Source: Camelus ferus (Eukaryota). From it: a stretch of DNA of 64,000 bases. Below are positions 13,331 through 27,110 of this stretch, piece after piece. The stretch spans positions 51,958,001 through 52,022,000 of the forward strand of contig NC_045707.1 in NCBI RefSeq assembly GCF_009834535.1, in the 5' to 3' direction. The translations under genes and the position numbers were made by a program. Each line of letters starts with the position of its first letter. Position 1 is the stretch's first letter. Under the pieces are notes generated by a model that had not been told where the DNA came from, made no database searches, and was given only the letters and a program-made list of their open reading frames with translations.

Positions 13331-14869
13331 CATTGTTCAGGCTTTAGTCATTTTCCCAAATCTAAAACATTTATTTTGAATGTAGAAGAATAATAGATCT
13401 ATTTAAGATGACATATAATATTATCTAACATCCATTCTAGTAACTAAAAGCAGTACTTTAAAGACTTTTAAAATCTTTGTTGATTATTACAGATAAATTT
13501 AGTGAAGAAAAATCTCTATTTTAGGATTTTAATATCTTGTTAATAATTTACATATATGAAAAATAATTATCATGATTCTATAAACACAGAATTTTATTGC
13601 AACACTACCAGAATAGGAATTAATCTTGCCAAAGTTGTCTAAAGCACTCAATATTTAAAGAATTAAAAAGTCAAGTTCTAATATTTTTAAATAATTTGAT
13701 TTTCATGTATTTGTTTTTTATTTCTTAATTCCTTCTTAAAATAAGAATATCGTATCTATTTTGTAATCTTCTTCCACATCACTTTGCAGTTGTGAAGTTT
13801 CATGCAAATGAACATATCGTTGAAAGATTAATAGTTAATACATAATAATATATTTTAGTTTAATAGCATTTTAGAAATTATTCCATTAGTGTTAAAATAA
13901 CATATTAAAATGCCTTGAAATTCACTTTGTGGTAAATGTTACATAGCAACTTGAATCAGTTTTTAGTCAAAGAACATTTAAGGCAAATATAAATTTAAAA
14001 TGTGGCTACATTCAAAGCATCTATATGACTGCGAGTTAAAATATATAGTTAAAAATTTATATACAATAAGTTAAATTTGAAACAGAGTATTCTTTTTACA
14101 CAAAAAATTATCTAATTGTATGATTCTGAAAAGCTTTTTATTTGGTTCACACAACTATACTATCCTCATTTTAAAAATAGTAAACATGACACAATAGATG
14201 GTCATCTAATTCTTTAATTCATTAATAAAATAAGGATTATTTTTTCCTGTTCTGCCAGGTTTGGAGCTGTGGCATGAAGAATCAATTAAGACTTAGTTCC
14301 TTTTCTCAAGAAACTTGGTCTGAAAATGTTCTCTTCTCTTTCTACCTTATGCTGCACCTCAGGATGACCTGCCTAATTTCTAATTTGCTCTTCTGGTCTC
14401 AGCTCCAGCACCACCTTTTGTTTAAACTGTTTGTTGATGTTCCTGCCTCGCTTCATTGTCAGATTCAGGGAGTTCTTCCATGCCCAGCAAACATCGTGGG
14501 ACCCCATCCTCTATAATCATAATCTTTCTCGATTTTACCTGTTACTTGTAGACTTATTTACTCTATCTTCCCAGTCAGCATCTGCAGTACCAAGTACTGG
14601 TATTTGGCATAATATTAATTTGGTATTTACTAAGAATATTCATTCTCATATGTATTCAAAAGTATTGCCTGTTCTTACACATTCTAAGGGGATGCACTCC
14701 TTCTTCTGCTGACTTTTACTTCTCTAGCTTCCCATTCCTCCTTTTTGAAATACCCTTCATTTAACTTGAAGACGAAAAGTCAGTCTTTCACAGGTTAAAT
14801 CCTCATTGAATCCTCAGATGGCAGATGAGAGAAGTAATCAAGTAATTTCAGTAACTGTTCCTTTTTTCT

Positions 14870-15610
14870 CCTTTTCCTTTTGAAGATTAAAAAAACTACA
14901 AAAGTAGTAAAAATTAAAACAAGCACTCATGTTCCAATTTTCCAGAATTATCCACAGTTAATGTTTTGGCATATTTGTTTCCTGTCCTTTTTCCTGTGAA
15001 TGAATTTATATTGCATCGGTGAAATATGAATGTATTTTCCTTTAAAATGTACAATATTAAGAAGCTGAATTAGTTCATATGCATAAAACAGTCAGATTCC
15101 CTCCCTCATTTCCAGATATAGTAACTTGAAGGTTTGATGTATAGAATTCTATTCCATTTTTAAACATTCACACTCATATAGGAGTGACAATAGATCTTTA
15201 TTACTTTATTACTATTACTGTATTACTTTGTATGTTTTTTAATTAGCTTTACTTAAATACTATTATGAGGCAGGAACTATATTACATTTCTTTTTTTCCA
15301 CTTAATATTTTCCCAGAGATTCTTCTAAATTATTACACATGGATTTAGTTCCTTTAATTTCTGTAGAGTATTTCATGTCAGTAGACGTTCCTGGTTATTC
15401 CTTGCTCTGTTTATGCACATTTAGAGTGTGTCCCGTTTTTCACTATTTATAAACAATGTTTTAGTAAAATTCCTTTTAACATTTTGACACATGTAGTTTC
15501 CAGAAATATTTTTCTGAGGATACTTGGAATTGTAATTGTGAACATAGGGAATATGCTTTTTCAAATCACTATTTTCTCTGAAATTGTATCAGTTTATTCC
15601 CATTCAATGC
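14870..15610 (-). mobile_element. Old L1 3' region (L1ME-like)
   Basis: 'ttttttccacttaatattttcccagagattc...ctgtagagtatttcatg...ttttcactatttataaacaatg' resembles the antisense L1M 3' region. Confidence 0.6.
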
Positions 15611-17484
15611 TTGATCCATTCAGCTTTTTCAAATCTTTCCTTTTCTCTTTACCTCCTAAAATAATCCATAAACTATAGTTAAAAGTTTTTTTTTTTTCCC
15701 GAGAAAGGGGCTTTATATAATTGTAGTGCTCTTTAGTCTAAGCAACTTTAAATAAGACTGTAGTGAGAAAGGCTTTATAGAGAAGAAAATACCACAGGGT
15801 TCAGTATCAATCTCAAGGAATATATATCAGGAATTCCAGGAAGTACAAGCTCTATCTGCTTGGTAAAAATGTGAACTTACAGATATACTATGCCACATAT
15901 TATATAACAAATACTTATTCAGCAAATATCTTTTTTATGTCTGCTATAAGAAGAGCATTGGGCACTGTGAGTAGGAGGGAAGAGACAAGGTATGAGAGCA
16001 GAGGAGGGAGATAGATTTTGACCATCTGGAACTTACTTTATCTCAAAGCTAACTGTTAGCAGCACTGTGTAGCTGATGCCTCGGCAGAGGTCTGTCTCTT
16101 CTTGTAGCACCACATATCCAGGCTGACACCTTGCCCTCTCTTTGCAGCTTAATTTGATCCTACCACAAATGTCTTACCTTCTCAGGACCTTGAGCATGAT
16201 CACTAAAATTTGCTGAGCCTTAAAAACAGCACTGACTGTGCCAGAGGCCCCAAGGTAGAAAAGAACATATAAATAATTCAATCAAGTTTGTAAATTTCAA
16301 AGCCATTTTCATTTTCCTGATTGCTTTTCTCCACACACACTGTCAAAAATAATGAGGATTTTTCTCGCTAGCATTTAATTCTATTGGCCTCTCTTATCTA
16401 TGTGTAATGTATACCATTTTGTTCTTTATGTTTCTATATGACAGCTGAAGTGAGTGAGAAATGAGTAGATACTATAATTGCAAGAATGAATCAGTTATCT
16501 TTTTCATTATATTTTAAAATCAAAGCCAGCAATTAAAAAAATTAATGCTAATTTGCAAGTCTTTTCAAGTATTAATTAGGCACAGTAGACCAAATGCCTA
16601 GTGCCTCTAAATAGTCACTCACATTGCACTTTTTTACAAGGGCTGCAAACAGGGAGATAGCCCTGACTTACAATAAAATCTTCCCTGCTTCCTTTAAAGG
16701 TGTTACTCTATTTTTGTCCTCAGTGATTCACTCATCCCTTATCCATTCATCAGTGCAGCCTATATATATTTACAAAGTGCCTGGCCAGACACTTTTATAC
16801 TTGCTGGCACTAAGTCACTGAACGAGGACAAGTTCCAAACTCTGTGGGCTGATACTCTGTTGGGATTTTTTCCTACCATTAAACATTTATTTTCATGTAT
16901 TACATATTTACTCATTTTTAATGACTAAGTTAACTAATGATATTTTTCTTGAATGTCTTATTCCTTCATATTTAACTTCCTGCAAGATTTGCCAAAGAGA
17001 ATACATGGTTTAAAAAAAGATTTCCCATATGGGCTGAGAAATGCCTTTTGTTTCTTATCTCTTACAAAAGTCTAATGTAATTGAGGCTATTCCAGCATTG
17101 AATACTTTCCATATTTTTATTCATTGAACCAAATGTGAACATGATAGAGCACTACTTCATGTTCCATGCATTAAAAATGGTGAATAATTTATAATTATTT
17201 AAAAGTGGTCACCAAAATAATTCCACTGTGACCTAATATTAAAGATTTCAACTATATTTTCTTAGCTGTATCCTTCACTTTGAAACCAGAAACCAACCTT
17301 GTTAAATTTGAGATATTATATCCCTTTTCTGTCCCCTTGTAAACCCACTCTGTAGTGGAACATTTGGAAAATGATCGCACCATTTTATTAATATATTCTT
17401 TGAAATACAAAACTTGAAATAACTTTTTAAGATTCTTATATAGTTTTAAGAGTTGTTAATCATGGTCATTAAGACTAGTCACAT

Positions 17485-17845
17485 AATGTATGGTTCCCCT
17501 TCTTCCAGTCAAAAAGTTCGATTGCAGTTTCCTGCCACCTAAAAGATAGTCTTGGTCACTAGGTTTGCTTTGGTCAGTAAAATCAGACATAAAGTCTTAC
17601 AAGTCAATTGAAGGTAGAAGGGATTGATTGATGGTGGCAGATCCTGACATTTCTTTCCCTAGATGCAGAAATCCTGAATGTGTAGAGATAAAGCCTTTGT
17701 CACTCAGAATCCTTGAAAGTCCATTCTAATGGTGCCCTCTTGCCACTTTCCAGTGGATAGAGCTTGAGCAAGAAATAATCTTTAAATATTGAGTCAAAAT
17801 TTGCATTATTTGTTACAGAACTATAACTTTGGCCATGATAATACA
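17485..17845 (+). mobile_element. Old MaLR LTR (MLT1J/K/L-like)
   Basis: Ends 'gagcaagaaataatcttt...tttgttacagaactataactttggccatgataataca', the usual MLT1 3' signature. Confidence 0.55.
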
Positions 17846-18102
17846 ATAGGAAGAAGAAATGATAATTTTTATATTGAATTAGAGACAGATCATATATTAA
17901 TTTAAAATTTTGCTAGATCAAGTTCTGATTAAAATTGTTTTCATATTTCCTAGTAATTATGTTTCTAAATTGTTAAAAAAAATGAAAAGGGAGGAATGAA
18001 AAGAATCTTTCCTCAGTTGGATCTATAGCACATGTCAAATTAGCCCCATATAGTCTAATCTTCACAACACAAAGATAACATTCCAGCAGTACTTTTTGTC
18101 TT

Positions 18103-18133
18103 TGTGTGTGTGTGCGTGTGTGCGTGTGTGTGT
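18103..18133. repeat. (TG)n microsatellite with CG interruptions
   Basis: tgtgtgtgtgtgcgtgtgtgcgtgtgtgtgt seen directly. Confidence 0.9.
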
Positions 18134-19009
18134 TTAAAGCAACACTTTTTAAAGAGCTTTACTTAATTTTTATATTTGTTAAACAATCACTATTATTAAG
18201 CACTGTTTTCCATAATGGAAAACCAGAAGCATTTTTGTTATTTATTAAATAACTTCTTAACTATAAATTTTAACAGTGCAAATTTAATTGATTTTCATTA
18301 TAATTATATTTTATAGAAAATATTGAAGATACTCTAAATTAACTCTAAGTTAATCCTGCAAGATAATTCACAAAAAATGTATTATTTGCAGTAAAATACA
18401 AATAGGAGTTGCTGCTTACCATTTATTGTTCTAGTAGTGTGTGTTAATTGGCACAAGAAAAATTTTGGAAATCTTACAATAAAGAAATAACTTTTATGCT
18501 GTTTACCTTGGCTTTTCCTAAATATATTTGATCATAATACCCTTTTTTCATACACCACCTATTGGCAGCCTAAGTTACCAGTATTTTGCTTTGTATAATT
18601 TGGAAAAATTTAGTATTATAACTTTATAGAGAAAGAATAAATTTTGTAGTGTAGTGGGTTTTATGTATTTGGGTTCTTTGAAAGCTGAAACATTTTTGCA
18701 ACTGTTGAGAATTTGGTTAAATGTAGAACCATATACCTTGTCACAGTTAAAAAAACAAACGGAAAGTCCATACCATGTCTGCACCACATATATAGCCATC
18801 AGGACTTGGGAATTATTTTATCTGTAGTATTTTATTTCCTCTTTTAAATGAGAGTTGCTGGTGGTAATAATACTTAGTATATTGGGGTAATAAGTAGTTG
18901 AGGTCTTCTGTGTAGCTCTTCTACCTCAAGACTTAACAGTAAGTCTGAAATGCAAAATATGAATTTCCTCATCTATTTGGAAAAAAGATAATAACCATGT
19001 AAATCTTAG

Positions 19010-19390
19010 TTTGCTATTTTCCAAAGTGGTTGCATCATTTTACTTTCACACCTGCTATGTGTGAGATTTCCAGATCCAACACATTCTTGCCAATACTTTA
19101 TTTTCAGATTTCAGTTTCAGCCATTCTAGTGGGTGTGTAGTTGGATCCATTTGTGGTGTTAATTTGCATTTCCTCAATGTGCATTTATTCATATGCTTAT
19201 TTGCCATTCACTTAATTATTTTGGCATTGCATCTGCTCAGATATTTTGTTTGTTTTTAAGAATGTTGTTTGGATTCACGTCATCATTATTGTGTTGTAAA
19301 ATTTCATTATATTCCAGATTTGAGTCCTTTATCAGATGTGTATTTTGCTAGTATTTTCTCTCACTTGTAGTTTACTCCTTTTCTTCGATG
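19010..19390 (-). mobile_element. L1 ORF2 C-terminal fragment
   Basis: 'ttttccaaagtggttgcatcattttac...cagccattctagtgggtgtgtag...ttaatttgcatttcc' is the antisense L1 ORF2 3' region. Confidence 0.85.
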
Positions 19391-20199
19391 ATAACTTAGT
19401 TTTTAAATTCTAGAATGGGTCTTAGCTTCATTTAACCCTTAGCTTCATTTAACCTGTTAAGATAATATTTCATCTATTATGAATTTTTCTTCTAGCATTT
19501 GATGTCACTTCTGAAAATCCAATTATTGCTGCTCTTTTGATACAGCATTTTGTTTTTCTCAGAGACCTTAAGATTTTTGATTTGTTTTCGTTTTCCTATC
19601 ATGTGTCTAGATGGAGATTTATTCTACTCAGGACCTATTATGTTTGACTTCAATAGGCAAGAATTTTATCAATTCAGGCATGTCTATCATCATTACCTAC
19701 ATTAAAATTACCTTGCCCCATTGTTTCTAATTCCTAGTTTTGTCAGGTCTTCTCATTCTAGTTTCCATGCTTTTTAACCATTCATTTCAGTTTTTAAATT
19801 TTTTATTCCTCTGTGCTTTTTATAGTTATTTAGTTCACTAATTATCATTTCAAGCTGTGCTAAACTATAGCTTTACCTGTTTATTCCTTTTAATATACCT
19901 TTTTAAATTTCTTTATAAGATACTTAAAAATTTGTTATCTTTGGTATTTTATGACTTCATTAATAAAACATTTTCTCTGGTCTTGATTATGTTTCTGTTA
20001 TCAATCTTGGGAATTCAAATTCTCTGCTTTTGTGCTTTTGAAAGTAATTCATGGTGGAAATTTTATCATTGTGTTGTGCAATTTTGGATAAACAGTGCAT
20101 CTCCAGTGGCACATTTTTATCTTGTGCAAATTTCATTCAGTTTCAGTTCTGGTGATACACCTTCCAAGCATCCAACATATGAACAGTTGAACGTGATAC

Positions 20200-20760
20200 A
20201 TACATACCATGGAGTAATGGAATAAAAGTGAACAGACTGTCTACACATGGAACAATTTGGATGACTCTCCCAAAAATTATGCTGAATGACAAAAGCCATG
20301 TCCAAAAGATGGCCAACTGTAGGATTTAATTTAAACATTTGGAAATGATAAAATTTTAGAAACAGAGAAGAGATTAGTGCTTGCTAGGTGTGAGGGGGTG
20401 AGATGGGGGAGGAATGGCAGGAGGGAGATGAATATAATGATACAAAGGGAACAGGAAAGATTGTTGCTGTGATGGTACCATTAAGTATTTTGACTGTGGT
20501 GGTGGATATAAAAACTTACACATGTGACAAAATTGTGTAAAACTAAATAAGCACACATGTGAGTATAAGCAAGTAAAACTGGAGAATGTTGAATAAGAGC
20601 TGTGAATTGTACCAGGGGTGGTATTTGGCTGTGATATTATACTGTAGTTTTGCAAATACTACTGATGTTACAAACAGGTTAAAGTGTATGCAGGACTTTT
20701 AGGTATTTCTTAAAACTGTGTGTAAAACTGTAATTATCTCAGTAAAAATTCCAGTTAAAT
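20200..20760 (+). mobile_element. L1MC-type 3' end
   Basis: 'aattatgctgaatgacaaaagcc', 'tattttgactgtggtggtggata', 'ctgtgatattatactgtagttttgcaa' and 'taattatctcagtaaaaatt' match L1MC 3'UTR features. Confidence 0.85.
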
Positions 20761-20779
20761 GAAGAATATATAAAGAAAA

Positions 20780-21290
20780 AAATGTAATCCACAATCTAGG
20801 AAAAGGTACTTGTAAGCCATATGACAAACAAGGAATTAGTGGAGAGGATATATACAAACCTATAAATTGATAATAAAAAGAAAAAATACTAACAGGAAAG
20901 AAAATCCAGGGAGAAATATTTTACAGCAATATTTTTAAAGATGATTCAAGAGGAAGAAATCAGAATTCTTAATAAACATAGGAAAAGTTGTCCAACCTCA
21001 CTAGTGATCAAGAACATGAATATTAAATAAACATAATGTAATTTCATATCCCACAATTGGAAAAAAACTAACATTTAATAAGAGTATTAGTATAGATACA
21101 AGGAAAATAAAAACATTCATTTCTAATGTATGACTGGAAACATTTTGTAGAGAAATTTGGCAACTCATATTAGTGTTGAAATGTATATGCTATAGAGCTG
21201 ATAATATTACTTCTAAAAAAATTAATTTGATTCACATACTGCTAATTAAATTCCTGACCAACATTTTTATCATTACCAAAATGGCCAGGA
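20780..21290 (+). mobile_element. Old L1 ORF2 3' fragment
   Basis: 'aataaacataggaaaagttgtccaacctcactagtgatcaagaacatgaatattaaa' corresponds to the NKHMKRCSTSL-like segment of ORF2; highly diverged. Confidence 0.65.
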
Positions 21291-22544
21291 TGCCAGGTCT
21301 TATATTATTTCCCAAAGTTTTGCAATCACAGGTTTTCTAAAAGAAATTAAAATAGAAAATTTATTCATAATTTTTTAATGTGCATTAAGTTATATATCTT
21401 TTGATACATGTGAAGCAATTGAACTGTAGGGGAATTGTGCAGATTTCCTTGATGGCTTATGTGATTTAGAAACCTGACAATTTAAAAAAAACAAAAAAAC
21501 AGAAACCTGCCAATTCTTTACTAGTTACCCAGAGAATCACTGTAAATGTATGTAGGTGAACTCAGCATTGTCTATTCAATAAGAAGACTCATTTCTGCTT
21601 TGGAGTGTTACACTGATAACTTAATAATGTGTTTGTGGATATGGGGTACTATATTTTATTTGTCATTTATATAAATTTCATTTCAGTTACAATGTTAGCA
21701 CCATATAATGAGAACCACACAAAAATAATAAAATGAAGCCAGCAAAGTCATAAATTGAAAAACAGATATTTAGGAGCTAGAATATATTAATTGGTATATT
21801 TATATATTCTGGCACATCACTAAGGACATAGGATGATTGAAAGAATTAGTGCATGAATTAATAAGTGACTTTCTTCAGATAATAACTCTGTGGACCTAAT
21901 AATATAGATAGAATTTTTAAAGTTTAAAAAGCCATTATTAAAATATCTCATGGGCAGGAGAATATTGATTCATCTTTGTTTTTAAATTAATTAATTTTTA
22001 ATTTTTTTAAATTTAAAGTTTAAAAACAATTTTTAAAAATTTAACTTTATCTTTGTATCCCAAGTATCTAGCACAATATGCATTCAATAATCACAGATTG
22101 AATAAAATGAATCAAACACAGACTCACTAGTCACACAGTCACACCCACTAGGATATCTACAGATACCCTGCTTATTCAGATGCTGACAACAGCTGGCAAA
22201 TATAAAGCTTCTAAAATACCTACCCCTACACTAATTTTTCAACAGTTCTAAATATGTGGTGGGGAGTCATCTTGCAAGAATAGAGACTATAGATTTACGT
22301 GTCAATCTTGATTATCAGTCATAATATTTTAGAGAATGGCTTATTGACCTGATGCCACATGGATTCCAAGATGACAAGTCCCTACGTGTAGCTGACAGTA
22401 CCTAAGAGAGAAAAGAGATGAGGAAAGAAATCCAAGTTAGTAATGATGGAAAACAAGGGACCAGTTTGATGTTAACATGACAGTTTTCTTTTAATTCCAA
22501 CAATAAACCTTAAAAGATATATTCCTTGAAACACATCACTTAGT

Positions 22545-22990
22545 GAGGATGTAAAACAGTAGCTGTCCAAAAACAAAAACAAACAAACAAAAAGCAATAG
22601 CAGTCCACTTCCTGCAGGCTTACCGCCTCATGTAGGAATGTCTTTCCCTGTTTCAGACTCAATGTGTAGTCTTTTGTTCTACTTAAGACTGTGTCACATG
22701 ATACCTGGCCATCCCCACTGCTGTGTCTGTGCTTTGTGGGGAGGAGAGGGGGTCCTTCATCCTGCAGCACAAAGGGAGTACATGTAAGCCCTGTGTAGGC
22801 TACCAGGAGGGACCCGCTGGCTGTGGGATACCTACACCCACTACTGAAGTTGATTTTGTTCTGTCTCTTCTCTATGTGAGTAAAGGGTTCCATCCTGTGC
22901 TTGACTGTTCTTTGCTTTTCTTGACTACTCAGTTACCAAGATGCACTGGACAGAGGGTGTTTGGACTTGTACTCTCAGTGATAGGCAATG
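22545..22990 (+). mobile_element. ERVL-class LTR, MER70-like
   Basis: 'ggagggacccgctggc...ctactgaagttgattttgttctgtctcttctctatgtgagtaaa...ttccatcctgtgcttgactg...accaagatgcactggacag...gataggca' resembles my recollection of MER70 LTRs; 5' boundary uncertain. Confidence 0.55.
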
Positions 22991-23010
22991 TATGTCATTT
23001 TCTCAACACA

Positions 23011-23190
23011 TACCACTTTCCAGTTGATGATAGATTGCTGATGCTTATGCCTAACCATATGGTCTACATGATCATATACCTGGTACATGATAAGCTTCTC
23101 ACATTTTATAGTTACCGCTGCATGGGTGTTTGGTCTCTACTATAGCCAGTAGCAAGCCAAGAGCTGCTTTTTAATATAGAACACACTTAT
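23011..23190 (-). mobile_element. ERVL pol relic (RT connection/RNase H-like region), frameshifted
   Basis: Minus-strand translation across frameshifts gives KQLLACYW-IVETKH...VTIKCEKLIM...HMVRHKHQQSIINWK, matching ERV-L Pol KQLLACYWALVETE...VT...PIM...HKVG-AQQ-SIIKWKWY. Confidence 0.8.
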
Positions 23191-23199
23191 CTCCTTCTC

Positions 23200-23690
23200 T
23201 TCTACTTACTTGTCCTTCACTTCTCTCCAGCTATAAAGATCTATTTTATGTTCCTCCCACATAACAGAGATGATCTGATCACAATCTTTGTAACTTACTG
23301 TCTTTTAACATGCTCCTTTCAATAGCTGCATGACTGAACTACTTCACATTCTTGGTTTTTCTGCTCCTACAGTACCTTCTCAGGATGCCTTTCTAGGCCA
23401 CCTAGTTAAAATAGTAACACCTACCCCAACCCCATAATTCATATCCCTTTCTTTGCCTTATTTTTCTCAACAGCATTTGTCACTCTAACATGTTATATAT
23501 TTTACCAGTTCATTTTTATAATTGTCTCTGTGTCCCTTAATCCCTCTGCTAGGGAGCTTACATTTTTGTGGTTGTTGCTGTTGGATTTTTCTTTGTTTTC
23601 TTTCCTTCTTTGTTTTGCCACTGGTGTATCCTCAGGAAATCCCTAATACTAGCTGTTCAGTAAATATTCACTGAGTAAGTAAATGATTCA
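23200..23690 (+). mobile_element. L2 LINE 3' fragment
   Basis: 'taccttctcaggatgccttttctaggccacctagttaaaatag...tgttcagtaaatattcactgagtaagtaaatga' follows the L2a 3' end. Confidence 0.7.
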
Positions 23691-25399
23691 CTTTCCCTTT
23701 CCAGTCTTCTCATATTTACTGTCTGAATTTTCCCTCCTTCTGTGCCACAGAAAGGATAATAATGATCTGCATATAATTGTATAATGTAAGTTATCTAAAT
23801 TAAAATTTGAATATGACACAGGTCAACAATTTCAGAAATGTCTGTTATGTTTGATACAGTCTTTTTAAAAGATTGCTTTGTTGACTCTTTACAATATGAG
23901 ATAATCTAAAGCAAAAGAGATCATGCTGGTAATTTAAATATAATAATCTAGAAAAAAAGAAATTCTGTGAAATTGAACTCTTATGGGACATATGCACTTT
24001 CAATATAATTATTAAAGTATGCCCCAAATATAAATGAAGCATAATAAAATTCAATGAGTAAGTAAGTAAATATGGAAATGGGGGTACTAATTTCTCCAGG
24101 TTCTCATATTGAAAACTGCTTTGAGCAATAATAACAAAAATTCTTCAGATTTAAATAATGCTTTAAAACCTCAGTCTTAGGAAGAATGTTCTCTGAATAC
24201 ATTTCCTATGTGGATATTTTGCAGAGGTTTTAGTTAAAAATGCTTGCCACCTCCACCTGTTCTTTAAGCCACCATTCTGTTAGTTTTCTTTTAAACCATT
24301 ATTTACAATGCAGCTATAGCTTTTATAATTTCAAGAAGAGCATCACAGATGAGAGAACAATACTAGAAGCTACTTAAGAGTGAAGCACATATCTTGTATT
24401 CTACTATGTGATCTTTCCTATGGCTTTGAATGTTTGCCCATTGTGGATACACGTTAATGATGTTACAGAGATTACTACATATATTTAAATTAAATTACCA
24501 GAATTATCTCTTTCGTTTTAGATTATTTTATTTTGTGGGAAATCAATAAAGTGATCTTTTTAAAAGTTTATATCAAACGATGTAACAGATATCTCCCCAC
24601 ATTTTGCTAATGTTATATTCAAATTTGAATTTAGATAAGTTACAGGATACAGTGATTATATGCAGATTATAACAAGCAAAAATCAGTAGAAAACACACAA
24701 AAGAGCAGGTCATGGTAATTGTGCTGATAAGAGCAAAAGACAGAAGGTGATAAGACACTAGATAAGTATCCCAAATATCTAGGCTACATTAATGAAAACC
24801 AAATCAAATCCTTTTATCTCTACTGATTTTCGTAATTCTCAGCTTCTCTTTGTTCTGTTACTTTGTCATTGGTTCTTTTAATTGGTGGGCAACTTCTGCT
24901 AGGCAAATTGAATTATTTAAGCAGAAGTCTCTCCTATAAAGTGACTCTAATTTAATAGCTTGTGCTACTCCTGAATGAAACTTGTTTTTCAAGCTGTAGC
25001 AACAGTTAAAACACTTGGTTCATATACATTTAAAGAAAAAAAACCCAAAAAACATTGCTATATTTAAGTTAATAAAATAGCTTAACTTTTACAAAATATT
25101 TCATTTAATTCTTCAAGACTTTGCATACATGATAGCCAATTGATAACATGATGACCAACTGAAGTAGAAATAATGTATACATTTTAAAATGCCAATGAAC
25201 ATCCAGTATTTTAAGTTCCCACCACTCAGCCTTTATTAGAATGGTGTACCTCATTCATTCTTTTAACTTTCTCTGAGGAAAAGCAAAACAAATTTTGCTT
25301 GCTTTTCTACACACATTGATTGGATTTAGGAGCCCTGTATGTATAGAACAGCTGTAAAGTGCTATGCAGAAAAAAAGTCAAAGATAAATAATATTAAAT

Positions 25400-27110
25400 C
25401 ACTGCATCCAAAGTTGTTCAGAGTATACTCGGAAATACTCTCTTATAAAATTGTTATAAAATTTAGACATGAAAAAAAAGTGCTTATAATTAAGCCTGGG
25501 GAATATCTAGGTTTATTCAGTCTCTGGGCAGGGGTGGACCATGGAATGGTTCCTTAGGCAATGACACCTAACTGTATATTAACCTAGAACATTAAGTAGG
25601 AAGTATGCTCATCAAAGAAGGTGGGAAGAACATTTCTGGTAGAGAAAACAACACAAACTGAAGATGGCATATGATCAGAATGATGAATAAGAGTAAAACA
25701 GATTAAACAATGTGTGAATTCTGGTTAAGAAAAGCAGTTTTGTGTTTCATCATAGCTTGTTAACAGGGCATGCAGTCTGCAGTGGTTTTTAGTGTCAGTC
25801 ATTCTGACAGACAGAGGAAGCCACAAAATTGCTATTATATACAGAAAGGATATTGCTGTAGTCTGAATATTGTATCCCCTCAAAATGCATGTGTTGAAAT
25901 TCTAATGCCCAAAGTGTTGGTATTAGGAAGTGGAGCCTTTGGAAGTTGCTTAGGTTATAAGAGTAGAGACTTCATGAATAGGATCAGTGTTCCTACAAAA
26001 GACACACCACCAGGATTCCTCACCTATTCGATCATGTGAAAATAGAAGGAAAAGTCTGAGATTCAGAACAGGATTCTCGCCTGACCATGATAGAACCCCG
26101 ATCTCAGATTTCTAGTCTTGAGAACTTTGAGAAGTAAATTTCTGTTATTTGTAAGTCCTGGTTATTTTAGTATAGCAGCCCAGATGGACTAAGACAGATA
26201 CGATGTGATTTACACCTCGGCAGCAATTGGAGAGAGAGTTATAGTTATGGGTAAGATTCATAAATAATTATACACAGTTAGATAATAAAGAGAATATAAA
26301 TACATGACATGACGATAAAGATGAGGAAATCTATTCAAGAGTATTTAGGAGAAAAATGTGTGTGAATTTAGCAATCAATCAGTTGTAAGATTGAAGAAAG
26401 ACTGCAACAGATTGAGCATCTTGATTCCCCAAGATGCTAGCTTGGGTGACTTGGTGTCTGTAACTGTAATAAAGACCATCAGAGGAGAAGAGGTTATACA
26501 AGGAGTAAGGACTTCAGTCTTGAACATTTTGTCAAGAAAATGCTTTATGTCATGTGAAGATATGTTATAGGCTTGTTTTCACTAATTGAAAGCAAGAGAA
26601 CAGTTTAAATTTTCTAAAGAGTTAGAAGAGGGTTAGAGGACATATTTATATGCTGTGTAATTAAAGATAAAAAATATTCAAAGAGAAGCAGACAGACTGG
26701 GAAATGATAAAAGCCTGCAATGTCCACGGCTATAGTGGGTGAATGAAAAATACGTTAAAAGAGATAACATAGCAAATAAATCTAGGATATTTAGTAAGTT
26801 CAACTGACAAAAGTATCTGTTGTATTTGGTAGTTTTTGATTTTAACGTGTAGATATAATTATATGGTGAGTATAGAAGCCAGATTTATTAAAATGAGGAT
26901 TGAATGGAGTGTAAGGAAGTAAAAACAGTACAACAGTTTATGAGAAAACTAGAAGGGAAAGACTGTGTAATAGTGGTAATACGGTTATAGGGCAGCTTTT
27001 TATTTTTGTTTTATTTTATTTTTTATTATGGAGGCACTTAAAACACTATTGCCTGTGGGGGGAAGCCAATAGAGGGACAAAATATATAGAAGAGGGGAGA
27101 TGAAGATACA
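25400..27110 (-). mobile_element. L2 fragments, interrupted by an MLT1A LTR
   Basis: Purine-rich L2-like phrases ('cagctgtaaagtgctatg', 'ggaagaacatttctggtagag', 'gtagaagccagatt') on both sides of the LTR at 25854. Confidence 0.5.
25854..26196 (+). mobile_element. MaLR solo LTR, MLT1A/MLT1A0-like
   Basis: Runs TGCTGTAGTCTGAAT...'ggtattaggaagtggagcctttgg'...GGACTAAGACA, flanked by the near-identical 5-mers gatat/gatac (TSD). Confidence 0.9.

Noticed and set aside
16175..16330. Strong minus-strand splice donor (AAG|GTAAGA near 16178)
   Set aside because: No convincing upstream acceptor or recognisable reading frame.
21980..22050. AT-only quasi-palindrome
   Set aside because: Low-complexity A/T sequence is self-complementary by chance.
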